64,000 nucleotides of DNA, taken from IMG/VR virus record IMGVR_UViG_3300017569_000126, positions 4,865 through 68,864 of that record. One strand, 5' to 3'. Below, piece by piece: positions 63,620-64,000 of the stretch (positions are counted from its first letter, which is position 1; the number at the start of each line of letters is the position of its first letter). Made by a program: the position numbers and the translations under genes. Below the pieces are notes generated by a model. That model searched no databases, had not been told where the DNA came from, and saw only the letters and a list, made by a program, of their open reading frames with translations. The DNA is from a virus (taxonomy: Duplodnaviria > Caudoviricetes).

Positions 63620-64000
63620 TTACACATTCCATATAGATGGTGGCGAACTTGCGCCTGTGTTTAATATCCCATCACCCGTAGACCCAACCATAAGGCCATT
63701 ACAAAACCATAAGGTGCGAGTGTCCCATGTCATTCCAAGCCCTGTTAATGGTACGCCGCCAGTAATTTCTGTGACAGTCGCACCACCTGTCCTTCCACGA
63801 TATAACCCATATGTACCGTTTATCGTACCACTCGCACCAATATAACCAGACGAACTAATATATAGGGCTTTTGAGTTCACTGAAAAATAATTTTCGTCTA
63901 AGGATATTGAAATACTTCCTGACTCGCTGCTGATTTTCCCTGATGTAATAGAATTTGCGCTTAAATTTATAACGTTCACAAAATCAGCATTTAGTGTACC
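63620..64000 (-). CDS. 3' end of a tail protein gene entering from the right edge (probably the expressed C-terminus)
   Basis: frame open to the window edge: GTLNADFVNVINLSANSITSG...WFCNGLMVG. Confidence 0.75.
   Translation of the reverse strand, partial: GTLNADFVNVINLSANSITSGKISSESGSISISLDENYFSVNSKALYISSSGYIGASGTINGTYGLYRGRTGGATVTEITGGVPLTGLGMTWDTRTLWFCNGLMVGSTGDGILNTGASSPPSIWNV

Larger units (their letters stand above)
62846..64000. repeat. three putative recombination sites with core AATGCTGATTT: 62846-62865 (+), 63302-63319 (+), 63974-64000 (-)
   Basis: GGTACACTAAATGCTGATTT shared inverted between sites 1 and 3; AATGCTGATTTTGTGAAC shared inverted between sites 2 and 3. Confidence 0.85.

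Noticed and set aside
1-64000. Stop-codon reassignment (alternative genetic code)
   Set aside because: Conserved genes (primase-helicase, thyX, ung, RT, ligase) are full length in the standard code; the dnaE break is explained by the intron; no suppressor-anticodon tRNA is seen.

Overview
This window is a 64 kb internal slice of a large AT-rich tailed-phage genome. The host is inferred to be a gut-type Firmicutes, from many consensus TTGACA-N17-TATAAT promoters, GH25 and M15 lysins, and a DUF6273-type DGR target. Layout: 1-3.7 kb is a gene-poor region of promoter/short ORF/terminator units. 4-17 kb holds small early-type ORFs plus vWA, nicotinamidase, YqeY, PARG-like macrodomain, PurA-like and PIN-PhoH genes. 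17.3-18.4 kb holds an HTH replication-type gene and a candidate origin. 20-26.3 kb is an RNA-centred block: PTP-like phosphatase, DRB0094-type RNA ligase, TROVE/Ro60-related DUF2828 protein and an unusual tRNA/ncRNA cluster. 30-42 kb carries replication and nucleotide genes: AAA_24 ATPase, SSB, PD-(D/E)XK nuclease, primase-helicase, dnaE split by a group I intron with a homing endonuclease, kinase, dUTPase, metallophosphoesterase and UNG. 42-56 kb carries accessory ORFs, a serine recombinase, ThyX and two DNA methyltransferases. 56-64 kb (minus strand) holds holin/endolysin, a complete diversity-generating retroelement and a shufflon-like set of alternative tail-protein C-termini. Best candidate for an undescribed system: a family of CAGCAAT-containing RNA modules, three free-standing and three inserted into tRNA anticodon arms (two of exactly 46 nt), directly downstream of the TROVE-like gene and the RNA ligase. 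All family assignments come from motif recognition by eye; no searches were run.
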